NCBI GenBank assembly: GCA_965229885.1
Contig: CBDDJX010000003.1
Location: 1,491,060-1,555,059 of the forward strand
Direction: 5' to 3'
From: Vicinamibacterales bacterium
Lineage (GTDB): Bacteria; Acidobacteriota; Vicinamibacteria; Vicinamibacterales; CAVVIG01
Length of the DNA: 64,000 bases
The position numbers and the translations under genes were made by a program. Positions 55,816 through 64,000 of the stretch are shown here, piece by piece (the first letter of the stretch is position 1; each line of letters opens with the position of its first letter). Under the pieces are notes generated by a model that saw only the letters and a list, made by a program, of their open reading frames with translations, was not told the DNA's origin and searched no databases.

Positions 55816-56884
55816 ATGTTCGGTCTCGGCAAATCAAAAGCCGTCGTGGGCCTCGACATCGGCTCAAGCGCAGTCAAAGCCGTCGAGCTGAAGCTGGCTG
55901 GCAAAGGCTTCAAAGTGACAGCCTTTGCCTCCGAGCCGGTGCCGCCTGACAGCATTGTGGACGGCGCCATCATCGACGGGACCGCCGTCGCCGATGCGAT
56001 CCGCCGCCTGTTCCAGAACAAAGCGTTCAAGGCCAAGGAAGTGGCCGCCTCGCTCTCGGGCAACGCCGTGATCGTCAAGAAAATCAGCCTCCCCGTGATG
56101 ACCGAAGCCGAGCTCGCCGAGTCCATCTACTGGGAGGCGGAACAATACATCCCGTTCGACATTCAGGATGTCAATCTCGACTACCAGATCCTCGATGCCG
56201 GGAGGGGAGCCGACTCGAAGGGCACGATGGATGTGCTGCTCGTGGCGGCGAAGAAAGAAAAGATCGCCGACTACCTGGGCGTGATCACGCAGGCCGGCCG
56301 CACGGCCGTCGTCGTCGACGTGGACGCCTTCGCGCTCCAGAACGCCTATGAGGCCAACTACGGCCTCGAGTCGAAGTCGGTTATCGTGCTGCTCAACGCT
56401 GGCGCGAGCGCGATCAACATCAACATTCTGGCTGGCGAACAGTCGGTGTTCACGCGCGATATCTCGAGCGGCGGCAATGCCTATACCGAGGCGGTGCAGA
56501 AGGAGCTGGACCTCACCGTTCGAGAGCGCCGAACTGCTCAAGAAGGGCGAAGCGGTCGACGACGTGGGCTTCGACGAGGTCAGGCCGGTGTTGCACGCGA
56601 TGACCGAGAACGTGCTCCTCGAGATTGAGAAGACCTCCGATTTCTTCAAGGCGACGGCGTCCTCGGATCGGATCGACCGCATTGTCCTCAGCGGCGGCGC
56701 GTCGCTGGTGGACGGCTTCGCGCAGGCGCTCGAAGAGCGATTCGGCCCGGTGGTCGAGGCGTTCGATCCCTTCCGCAAGATCGTGTTCGAGCCGACGCGG
56801 CTCGGGATCACCGATCCGGCCAGCATCGCGCCGACGGCCGCGGTGGCCGTGGGTCTCGCGCTCAGAAGGGCGGGCGACCGATGA
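55816..56884 (+). pseudogene. pilM: Type IV pilus assembly ATPase-fold protein PilM with one frameshift
   Basis: VGLDIGSSAVKAVEL... reads to ...AVQKELDLT. The frame breaks at about 56518 (ctcaccGttcgag) and continues in the +1 frame as FESAELLKKGE...RIVLSGGASLVDGF...AVAVGLALR. Confidence 0.75.
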
Positions 56885-57486
56885 TTCGCATCAACCTGCT
56901 CGCCTCCGAGCGCGCACAGACCAGGAAGAAGCTGACGTTTCAGATCGGTCAGAAGCTGACGGTGGGCTGCAGTCTGATCCTCGTGGCGGCCCTCCTGATC
57001 GTCGGCTGGCGTTATTGGAGCCTCACGCGCCAGTCGGCCCAGCTCGACACAGACATCGCCTCGGCGCAGCAGGAAGTGGCACGTCTGCGCTCGGTTATCC
57101 AGAGAGTCCAGGAGTTTGAAGAGCGTAAAGGGCAGCTGTCGCAGCGCGTGGTACTCATCGAAGACCTGCGGAATGAACAGAAGGGTCCGGTCCACATGCT
57201 CGACGAGGTCAGCAAGGCGCTGCCACCCATGCTGTGGCTCACTGCGCTGAAGCAGGTGGGAGCCGAGGTCCTCATCGACGGCAACTCCACGACGCAGATC
57301 GGCGTGTCCGACTTCGTCAGCAACCTCGAGACCTCCGGCTATTTCAGGAGGTCGGTCGATATCGTCGGGACGGAGACCGTGCCGCTTCCGAGGCCGCCGG
57401 GTGAACTGGTCGCGTTTACGCTCCGGGCCCAGTTCGTGATGCCCGGGGAACCGAAGCCGGCGGTCGCTGCCGCTCCGAATCGATAG
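56881..57486 (+). CDS. pilN: Type IV pilus assembly protein PilN
   Basis: MIRINLL N-terminus, one TM helix, coiled-coil and ferredoxin-like C-terminus. Position between pilM and pilO. Confidence 0.88.
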   Translation: MIRINLLASERAQTRKKLTFQIGQKLTVGCSLILVAALLIVGWRYWSLTRQSAQLDTDIASAQQEVARLRSVIQRVQEFEERKGQLSQRVVLIEDLRNEQKGPVHMLDEVSKALPPMLWLTALKQVGAEVLIDGNSTTQIGVSDFVSNLETSGYFRRSVDIVGTETVPLPRPPGELVAFTLRAQFVMPGEPKPAVAAAPNR

Positions 57487-57537
57487 GGAATAAAGCTGCG
57501 GGGTCCAGACCCCGATATGGTTATCTGGTAGCACGTT

Positions 57538-58155
57538 ATGGAACTGAGTCTGACGAAATTACCGTGGCATGTGCAGGTCGGCGCCTTCGTCGCCCTCGCG
57601 ATCGGTGCGATTGGGGGCTTCGAGTATTACTACTCGACGCCGGTGCGGGCCGATCTCGCGACGCGTGGCGCGCAGCTCGTCGCGCTCCGCGCTGACATCA
57701 CGAAGGGCGTCACGACGGCCAAGCAGCTGCCCGCCTTCGAGACGGAAGTCGCCGACCTCGAGTCGCGCCTCAGTAACCTGAGAGCGGTCCTCCAGGAAGA
57801 AAAGGACGCCGCCGACCTGTTACGCCACATGCAGACGGTCGCGACGCAGTCCAGTCTGGCGATCAAAAGCTTCAGGCCTTCGCCTGTCGTCACCAAGACG
57901 CTTCACGCCGAGTGGCCGATCATCCTGGAGCTCGAGGGCTCGTACCACAACCTCGCGACGTTCTTCGACCGCGTGGGTAAGTTCACGCGCATCGTGAATA
58001 TCACCGGGGTCGAGGTGAAGGGGCAGGACAAGCCCGGGGACACCACCGCGACCATTACCGCCACCTGCGTGGCGACGACGTTCGTGCTACTGGACAGCCC
58101 TGCCCTCGAAAAAGCGGCCAAGGCCAAGGCGGCCGCCGTCAAGAAGGCGGCGTAG
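57538..58155 (+). CDS. pilO: Type IV pilus assembly protein PilO
   Basis: One TM helix then a coiled coil; ...WPIILELEGSYHNLATFFDRVGKFTRIVNI. Confidence 0.85.
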   Translation: MELSLTKLPWHVQVGAFVALAIGAIGGFEYYYSTPVRADLATRGAQLVALRADITKGVTTAKQLPAFETEVADLESRLSNLRAVLQEEKDAADLLRHMQTVATQSSLAIKSFRPSPVVTKTLHAEWPIILELEGSYHNLATFFDRVGKFTRIVNITGVEVKGQDKPGDTTATITATCVATTFVLLDSPALEKAAKAKAAAVKKAA

Positions 58156-58156
58156 C

Positions 58157-58633
58157 ATGCGAACGGCTCGTGTTCTCGCCATCGCGTTTGTGATTGCCGG
58201 CGCGGCCGCCTCAGCGCATGCGAGCCAGGGTGCCTCAGCCCCGCCGGCATCAGGAACGGCGACGCCGGCGCCCACGCCGGCCGAAGGCTACACCTATCAG
58301 CCCGAGGGACGGCGCGATCCGTTCCTGGACCTGCTTGGCGCCGGTAGCGAGGTGGGCAGCGGGAATCGGAACGACGGCCCCGCGGGAATGACGGTCGCCG
58401 AGATCAGCGTGCGGGGCGTACTCGGGAGCCGCGGCGCGCTCATCGCGATGGTTGAGGGTCCGGACAAGAAAACGTACGTCGTTCATACGGGCGACAAGTT
58501 CGCCGACGGCGTGATTCGATCCATCACGTCGAGTGGACTCACCATCGTGCAGGAAGTCAACGACCCGCTGTCGCTCGTGAAGCAGCGGGAGATTCAAAAA
58601 CTGCTGCGTTCATTAGAAAGCGCCAAGGAGTAG
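58157..58633 (+). CDS. pilP: Type IV pilus assembly lipoprotein-like PilP
   Basis: Signal peptide, RRDPF motif, beta-sandwich region (ISVRGVLGSRGALIAMVEGPDKKTYVVHTGDKF). Confidence 0.8.
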   Translation: MRTARVLAIAFVIAGAAASAHASQGASAPPASGTATPAPTPAEGYTYQPEGRRDPFLDLLGAGSEVGSGNRNDGPAGMTVAEISVRGVLGSRGALIAMVEGPDKKTYVVHTGDKFADGVIRSITSSGLTIVQEVNDPLSLVKQREIQKLLRSLESAKE

Positions 58634-58635
58634 CC

Positions 58636-60528
58636 GTGAAAAGGGGCCTCGCCCTGTTTGTCACCGTGGTGATCGCCGGTGCGCTTCTGCGCGCATCCGG
58701 TCCCCCGGCTGCCACCGCCACCGCCGGGGTGCGGCTGAAGACTATCAGCTCGCGCGTGCACAGCAACGGCGTGTCGCTCGTGATTGAGGCGACCGATCCG
58801 GTGGGATACATCGCCACGCGACCCGATCCGCTGACCATCGCCGTCGACTTCCGCAACGTCATCAGCGACGGCATCGCGAATTCCGTGGCGTCGAACGCCG
58901 GGAGTTCTATCGCCGGCGTCTCGGTTGAGTCTGTGGAGTCGCCCGGTGCGCCTGCCTCGCGGGTCACGATCAGGTTGTCGCAGGCCGTTGCGCACCACGT
59001 GCGGAGCGATCGCAACAGGATCGTGATCGATTTGGATAGGCCGACAGGGAGGCCGTACGTCCTGCCGGTGGCCGTCGCGCAGAACAATTTCCCAGGGGGC
59101 ACGAGCGGATTGGCGCCCGATGCCATGAAGGCGCTCGAGATCGCCCAGCCGCCAGTGGTCAATCCGGCCACCGCGCTGTTGCAGCGGCAGCCCCCGGCAC
59201 AGGCACCCGCCCAGGCTTCGTTGCCCCCGCAGTCACAGGGGCAGAGCGCCGCCAACCAGGGTCCGACCCGGTTCACGGGGAATCCCATCAGCCTCGACTT
59301 TCAGGGCGCCGATCTGCGAGCCGTGCTTCGCAGCTTTGCGGAGATCAGCAGCCTGAACGTCGTCATCGATCCCAATGTGCAGGGCACCGTGGACGTGATG
59401 CTTCGCGACGTGCCCTGGGACCAGGCGCTCGACATCATCCTGCGCGCGAATAAGCTCGGATACTCGGTCGACGGCACGATCGTTCGGATCGCGCCGCTGA
59501 CGACGCTGGCCAACAAAGAGAAGGAACGCGGCGACCTGGCGCAGGCACAGTCCGATGCCGGACAGCTCTCGACGCTGACGCGCCAGCTCAGTTACTCGAA
59601 AGGCGACGAGATCGTCACGCTGCTGAAGGCCGCGAATGTGCTCTCGAATCGCGGCACGGCGTCGGTCGATGTGCGGACGAACACGCTGATCATCACGGAC
59701 CTGCAGGAACGGCTGACCAACGCGACCGATCTGATCAACACGATCGACAAAGCGCAGCCGCAGGTCGAGATCGAAGCGCGCATCGTGCAGACGAGCAAGA
59801 AGTACGCGCGTGCGCTGGGGATCCAGTGGGGATTTAACGGCGCCGTCACGCCCGCGCTTGGCAACACGACGGGCCTGGCGTTCCCCAACAGCGGAACGCT
59901 GGGGGGACGAGTGGGCAGTGGGACCGCGACGCAGGGGCCCGGCAGCACGTCGACGGCGGTCAACCTCGCCGCGGCGAACGCGACAAGTGCGGTCGGGCTG
60001 CAGCTGGGGGCCGTCAACGGCGCATTCAACCTGGACATGGCGCTCACGGCGCTCGAGAACTCCGGGAACGGCCGCCTGTTGTCGACGCCGAAGGTCTCCA
60101 CGTTAAATAACATCGCGGCGGAAATAACCCAGGGCGTGCAGATTCCCATTCAGACGGCCACCAACAACACGGTGACGGTCTCGTTCAAGGACGCCGCGCT
60201 CACGTTGAAGGTGACCCCGCAGATTACGGCGTCCAACACGGTCATCATGCAGATCGCGCTCGAAAACGCGACGCCCGATTTCGCCCGACAGGTGAACGGG
60301 ATCCCGCCGATCAATACCCAGCGCGCCATCACCACGGTACTCGTGCGAGACGGGCAGACGACGGTCATTGGCGGCATCTATACGAGTTCGTCGACCAGCA
60401 CGCGAGATTCAACTCCCGGCCTGAGCAATATTCCGCTCCTCGGCTGGCTCTTCAAGCGCGATTCGACTACCGATGAGAACACGGAACTCCTGATCTTCAT
60501 CACGCCACGAATCATCAGGAATTTATGA
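58636..60528 (+). CDS. pilQ: Type IV pilus secretin PilQ (AMIN domain + N domains + secretin core)
   Basis: AMIN-like N-terminus, ISLDFQGADLRAVLRSFAEISSLNVVIDP, LLSTPKVSTLNN, GLSNIPLLGWLFK, LLIFITPRII. Confidence 0.92.
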   Translation: MKRGLALFVTVVIAGALLRASGPPAATATAGVRLKTISSRVHSNGVSLVIEATDPVGYIATRPDPLTIAVDFRNVISDGIANSVASNAGSSIAGVSVESVESPGAPASRVTIRLSQAVAHHVRSDRNRIVIDLDRPTGRPYVLPVAVAQNNFPGGTSGLAPDAMKALEIAQPPVVNPATALLQRQPPAQAPAQASLPPQSQGQSAANQGPTRFTGNPISLDFQGADLRAVLRSFAEISSLNVVIDPNVQGTVDVMLRDVPWDQALDIILRANKLGYSVDGTIVRIAPLTTLANKEKERGDLAQAQSDAGQLSTLTRQLSYSKGDEIVTLLKAANVLSNRGTASVDVRTNTLIITDLQERLTNATDLINTIDKAQPQVEIEARIVQTSKKYARALGIQWGFNGAVTPALGNTTGLAFPNSGTLGGRVGSGTATQGPGSTSTAVNLAAANATSAVGLQLGAVNGAFNLDMALTALENSGNGRLLSTPKVSTLNNIAAEITQGVQIPIQTATNNTVTVSFKDAALTLKVTPQITASNTVIMQIALENATPDFARQVNGIPPINTQRAITTVLVRDGQTTVIGGIYTSSSTSTRDSTPGLSNIPLLGWLFKRDSTTDENTELLIFITPRIIRNL

Positions 60529-61155
60529 GCACGAAGTTGATGCGAATCCAGACTCTGGCTCAGTGCGCCGCGATGGTGCTGCTCGCCGCCACGGCCACCT
60601 CGTGTGGCGATGTCGTCCAGTCGAGCCGGTCGCCGGTTATACTGGTTGTCAGCTCGCTGCAGGCGACGCCGGGCAACGCGACCACGCTCGGCTCCACACT
60701 GTTATCCGACGTGGTCAACCTCGTGACGACAGGGTCCGGCTGCACCGTCGACGACCCATGTGAAACGGTCTTCAACGACAACGGCTCGGTGAGCCTGATT
60801 GGGGCCATGAAGGACGCGACCGTCTCGCCGACCACGAAATAATAGCGTGACCATTACCGGCTATCACGTCGAGTATCGAAGGACCGACGGCCGTAACACG
60901 CCCGGAGTCGACGTGCCGTTTGGGTTCGATGGAGGGGTGACAGGACTGGTCATCCCCGGGGGAACCCCAACGACCATTGGATTCCTCATCGTCCGCCATG
61001 CGGCCAAGGAAGAATCGCCGCTCCTTCAGCTTAGAACGAGCCCCGACTCCGTCAGCACCATTGCCGATGTGACGTTCTACGGGCACGATGTGGTCGGGAA
61101 CGACCTGAGCGCCACCGGGTCCATTCTGATCACCTTCGCCAATTTCGGAGGCTAG
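60525..61155 (+). pseudogene. Lipoprotein gene downstream of pilQ, split by a frameshift at an A-run
   Basis: ORF 60525..60842 (lipobox LLAATATSCG) and ORF 60847..61155 join as ...SPTT|NNSVTITGYHVEYRRTDGRN... if one A is removed from acgAAAtaatagc near 60838. Confidence 0.6.
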
Positions 61156-61159
61156 CTTC

Positions 61160-61604
61160 ATGCGTCACAGGCTCGGCATCGTCATTCTCGCGGCGGCGGC
61201 GACCGCCGGCGGTTGCGTGGTCGATCAGGGCGCCCAGCCGACGCCGACTGGTCCGTCAGGCCTCGCCCAGTCGATCAGCGTCACCGTGCACCCCGGCACC
61301 CTGCCTTAGGGGCCAGCAGTCCAGAGTGGTGATCGAAGCCCGTGACGAGAGTGGCAAGCCGCTGCCGAATCTTCACCTGTTTCTGGCCACAGACAAAGAC
61401 AAGTCGTGCGGCACACTCTCGCTCTTTGAAGTCACCACTGGCGACAATGGCCAGGCGGAGGATGTTTACTTCACTGACCTATCGGCCTGCGACTTTGATT
61501 ATCAGGTGACCATTAGCGCCACGCCAGTCGGGACAAACTTTCAAACTCAGCCGCCCTTTGGTTTCTGGGGCGCGAGCATCTGGGTGTGGTGGAAGGCCCG
61601 ATAG
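61160..61604 (+). pseudogene. Second lipoprotein gene, split by a frameshift
   Basis: The ATG at 61160 gives MRHRLGIVILAAAATAGGCVVDQ..., stopped by TAG at 61307-61309. The +1 frame is open across this point and continues ...GQQSRVVIEARDESGKPLPNLHL... (ORF 61326..61604). Confidence 0.55.
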
Positions 61605-61639
61605 GGAATTAGCTGGCGTCGAACGTCCGCTCGATTGTA

Positions 61640-62458
61640 ATGGCCAACAATTCACGCATCGACGATCTGCGGCGTCGGGTCCAGAAGGATCCGGCGTCGA
61701 TTGCGTTCGCCCAGCTGGCCGAAGAGTGCCGGCGCTCGGGGGAATTCCAGGAGGCGGTCGACACCTGCCGGGCGGGCCTCGAGATTCATCCCGGGTACCT
61801 GTCTGCCCGCGTGACGCTCGGACGCGCCCTCATCGAGCTCGGCCAGCTCGACGAGGCGAAGGTCGAGCTGTCGCGCGTGCTCGAGAGCGCGCCGGAGAAC
61901 CTGGCGGGGCTCCGCGGGCTCGCCGAGGTCTATCACCGTCTCGGCGATCTCGCCGTGGCGCTGACGAAATACAGAGCGGCGCTACTGCTCGCCCGCAACG
62001 ACCCGGATCTGGAGGAGACCATCGCCGACTTAGCTCGGCAGATCGAACCGGCCAGACCAGCCGCAGCCGACGGGCTCACGCTGCAGCACATGCAGGACGA
62101 GCTGCTGAAACATGCGCCTCCGCGGCCAGATGGCGTGAAAAAATGGGCCGGGAGTCATTTGCCGCCTCCTGGCTGGGACCCAGAATCGGCCCAAACTCGG
62201 CGGCTTGGGGGACAGGTCTCGCCGGAGAAGACTCCCGTCCCCTTTTTGCCGGACGAGGCAGCGCCGGAACCTCAGAGCCCGCTCAGCAGGGAAAGCCCTG
62301 TTGCCCCTGCGATCTCAGCGGAGTCTGCGGTTGACGTGGTACCGCCGCCGGATGGTACGCTGACAGCGAGTACTGACGACCGCGCGACGCGTACCGTCAC
62401 CGCGCTCGAACAGTGGCTCGCCGTCATTCATGTCTCACGCGAAGATCGACACTCTTAA
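61640..62458 (+). CDS. TPR-repeat protein with proline-rich C-terminus
   Basis: Three or four TPR units (FQEAVDTCRAGLEIHPGYLSARVTLGRALIELGQLDEAKVEL...). Confidence 0.75.
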   Translation: MANNSRIDDLRRRVQKDPASIAFAQLAEECRRSGEFQEAVDTCRAGLEIHPGYLSARVTLGRALIELGQLDEAKVELSRVLESAPENLAGLRGLAEVYHRLGDLAVALTKYRAALLLARNDPDLEETIADLARQIEPARPAAADGLTLQHMQDELLKHAPPRPDGVKKWAGSHLPPPGWDPESAQTRRLGGQVSPEKTPVPFLPDEAAPEPQSPLSRESPVAPAISAESAVDVVPPPDGTLTASTDDRATRTVTALEQWLAVIHVSREDRHS

Positions 62459-63629
62459 ACGCCGCCAACAGGCAGTTCGCGCCACGCTCACCGAACAGCA
62501 CCTCGAGGCACTGGTCGTGACGTCGCTGCCGAACATCCTCTACCTGACGACCTTCACCGGCAGCTCAGCGATCGTGATTCTCACGGCCGATCGGCTCGAG
62601 TTGCTGACCGATTTTCGGTACCTCACCGCGGTTCGGGAACTGCAGCGGGAAGGCGTTGAGCTCGAGTTGACGATCGTCGAGGGTTCGTATGACGCGATGC
62701 TCGTGCAGCGTCTCGCGGCCATATCGCCAGGGCCGGTGGGGCCACCCCAGCGCGGCAGCCGCCCAGGGGACCTCGGCGCCCGCGTCGGCATCGAGGGCGC
62801 TCACCTGACGGTGGCCCGTCATCTCTGGATCACGACGTCGCTGGCGCAAGCCGCGAGCGGCTCTGTGGACGGCGTCAACAGCGTCACGCTCGTCCCGACC
62901 GAAGGGATTGTCGAGCGTGCGCGCGCGCGAAAGGACCGCGACGAGATTGCGACGCTGCGCGAGGCCGCTCGGCGCCTGTCGATTGTCGCCGGCGGCGTGC
63001 TCACCGACGTCCGAGCCGGCATGACGGAGCAGGAATTGGCGCTGGCCATCGACTGGCGCATTCGGCAGGGCGGCTTCAGCCGGACGGCGTTTGATACGAT
63101 TGTGGCAAGCGGACCCAACGCGGCGCTGCCTCACGCGCACCCTGGAGAGCGAAGGTTGCGCGAAGGCGACGTCGTCGTGCTGGACTTTGGCGGCGTTTAC
63201 GCTTCATACTGCGTCGACCTGACCAGAACTGTGGCAATCGGGAAAGCGACCCCTCGTGCCCGTGAGGTGTACGGCGCAGTTCTCGAGGCGCACGATCGGG
63301 CCATCGCGTCGGTCCGCCCGGGCGCGTCCCGGCTGGACATCGATCAGGCCGCACGTGACACGCTCGGTCGCTACGGCCTGGCTGAGGCCTTCGGGCATAG
63401 CACCGGGCACGGCCTGGGGCTCGAGGTGCACGAGGATCCCCGCATCACGCGGCGACGGCCCGACGTCGATGCGCGCGACGAAGCGGTGGCGGCCGGCATG
63501 GTCTTCACCATCGAGCCGGGTGCGTATCTGCCTGGCTGGGGCGGTGTCCGTATCGAAGACGACGTGCTGGTGACGGCTGACGGCGTCGAAGTCTTGACCG
63601 ACGTCACGACGGCGTTAATCGAGATCTGA
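62430..63629 (+). CDS. pepP: Xaa-Pro aminopeptidase (M24B)
   Basis: Creatinase-like N-domain. Metal ligands in VVLDFGGVYASYCVDLTR, HSTGHGLGLEVHE, FTIEPG, RIEDDVLV. Confidence 0.88.
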   Translation: MSHAKIDTLKRRQQAVRATLTEQHLEALVVTSLPNILYLTTFTGSSAIVILTADRLELLTDFRYLTAVRELQREGVELELTIVEGSYDAMLVQRLAAISPGPVGPPQRGSRPGDLGARVGIEGAHLTVARHLWITTSLAQAASGSVDGVNSVTLVPTEGIVERARARKDRDEIATLREAARRLSIVAGGVLTDVRAGMTEQELALAIDWRIRQGGFSRTAFDTIVASGPNAALPHAHPGERRLREGDVVVLDFGGVYASYCVDLTRTVAIGKATPRAREVYGAVLEAHDRAIASVRPGASRLDIDQAARDTLGRYGLAEAFGHSTGHGLGLEVHEDPRITRRRPDVDARDEAVAAGMVFTIEPGAYLPGWGGVRIEDDVLVTADGVEVLTDVTTALIEI

Positions 63630-63680
63630 GGATTTGAGAATATGAGCATCTTCGCGGTTTCGGTTCGCCAGCTCCTGAGC

Positions 63681-63722
63681 ATCCTAGATCCTCAAGTCCT
63701 CAAATCCGCAAATCCTCAAGTC
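63681..63722. repeat. About five degenerate tandem octamers (TCCTCAAR) in the pepP-accB spacer
   Basis: atcctag atcctcaag tcctcaaa tccgcaaa tcctcaag tc. Also ggatttgag (63631-63639) is the reverse complement of ctcaaatcc within the array. Confidence 0.7.
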
Positions 63723-63742
63723 TTTGGATTCGCGATCACACT

Positions 63743-64000
63743 GTGATTATCAACGTCGAGCAGTTGAAGCAGATCCTCGATCTCGTGCGCGAGCACGACC
63801 TGTCGGAACTGGAGATCGAGCAGGAGGGTCTGAGAGTCAGGGTCCGGAAAGACGCGACCGGCGGCCTCGTGGTTCATCCGGCGGGCGCCGCAGGTGCTGA
63901 TGTCGGGGCGCGAACCGCCGCGGCGGCGCGTGTCTTGTCCGGGGCGACGGCAGTAGGCTCGCCACCGTCGCCCGCACCCACAGGCGACGCCGGATCCGAT
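63743..64000 (+). CDS. accB: Biotin carboxyl carrier protein of acetyl-CoA carboxylase; 3' end beyond the window
   Basis: GTG at 63743. N-terminus (V)IINVEQLKQILDLVREHDLSELEIEQEGLRVRVRK followed by an Ala/Pro-rich linker, typical of BCCP. The biotinyl domain is not in the window. Confidence 0.7.
   Translation, partial: MIINVEQLKQILDLVREHDLSELEIEQEGLRVRVRKDATGGLVVHPAGAAGADVGARTAAAARVLSGATAVGSPPSPAPTGDAGSD

Noticed and set aside
63681-63722. CRISPR-like or other long repeat arrays.
   Set aside because: The only tandem repeats have 7-12 nt units without spacers, and no cas genes are present. They do not fit a CRISPR architecture.

Overview
This is a visibly GC-rich bacterial chromosomal segment (GC not computed). 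The gene content resembles Acidobacteriota or similar soil bacteria, but I cannot verify that without a search. Most of it is conserved housekeeping DNA:
- a sensor kinase with a sigma54-type response regulator
- pgpA-cinA-plsY-gpsA-ftsY
- ribD-ribE-ribBA
- ffh-rpsP-KH-rimM-trmD-rplS-rnhB
- thiE and a rodZ-like gene
- a peptidoglycan recycling and synthesis block: nagZ-ldcA-mpl-pxpB-pxpC-murB-murA
- an orphan TPR-secretin with lolA
- a PolX/rhodanese operon
- livKHMGF
- tRNA-Ala
- rplM-rpsI-rpsB-tsf-pyrH-frr
- pilMNOPQ
- pepP and the start of accB

Three things sit on top of this backbone.
1. Four IS-related loci: an apparently intact IS481-family element, two near-identical defective copies of an rve/DDE element, and a truncated IS256-type relic.
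2. A HepT/MntA toxin-antitoxin pair lies in a roughly 3-kb insertion that splits livG from livF.
3. An unusually high number of broken genes: an uncharacterised conserved gene, DUF2723, DUF4159, a kinase relic, livH, a PQQ dehydrogenase, pfkA, pilM and two lipoprotein genes. Every core translation and cell-envelope gene stays intact.

The most concrete new observation is a perfect TTGACA-N17-TATAAT promoter. The terminal 6 bp of one IS copy supplies the -35 and resident DNA supplies the -10, and it points into the rplM-rpsI-rpsB-tsf-pyrH-frr gene string.

I found no CRISPR array, no rRNA, no convincing riboswitch and no clearly novel multi-gene system. All functional calls rest on motif recognition in the supplied translations. 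No database search was run.
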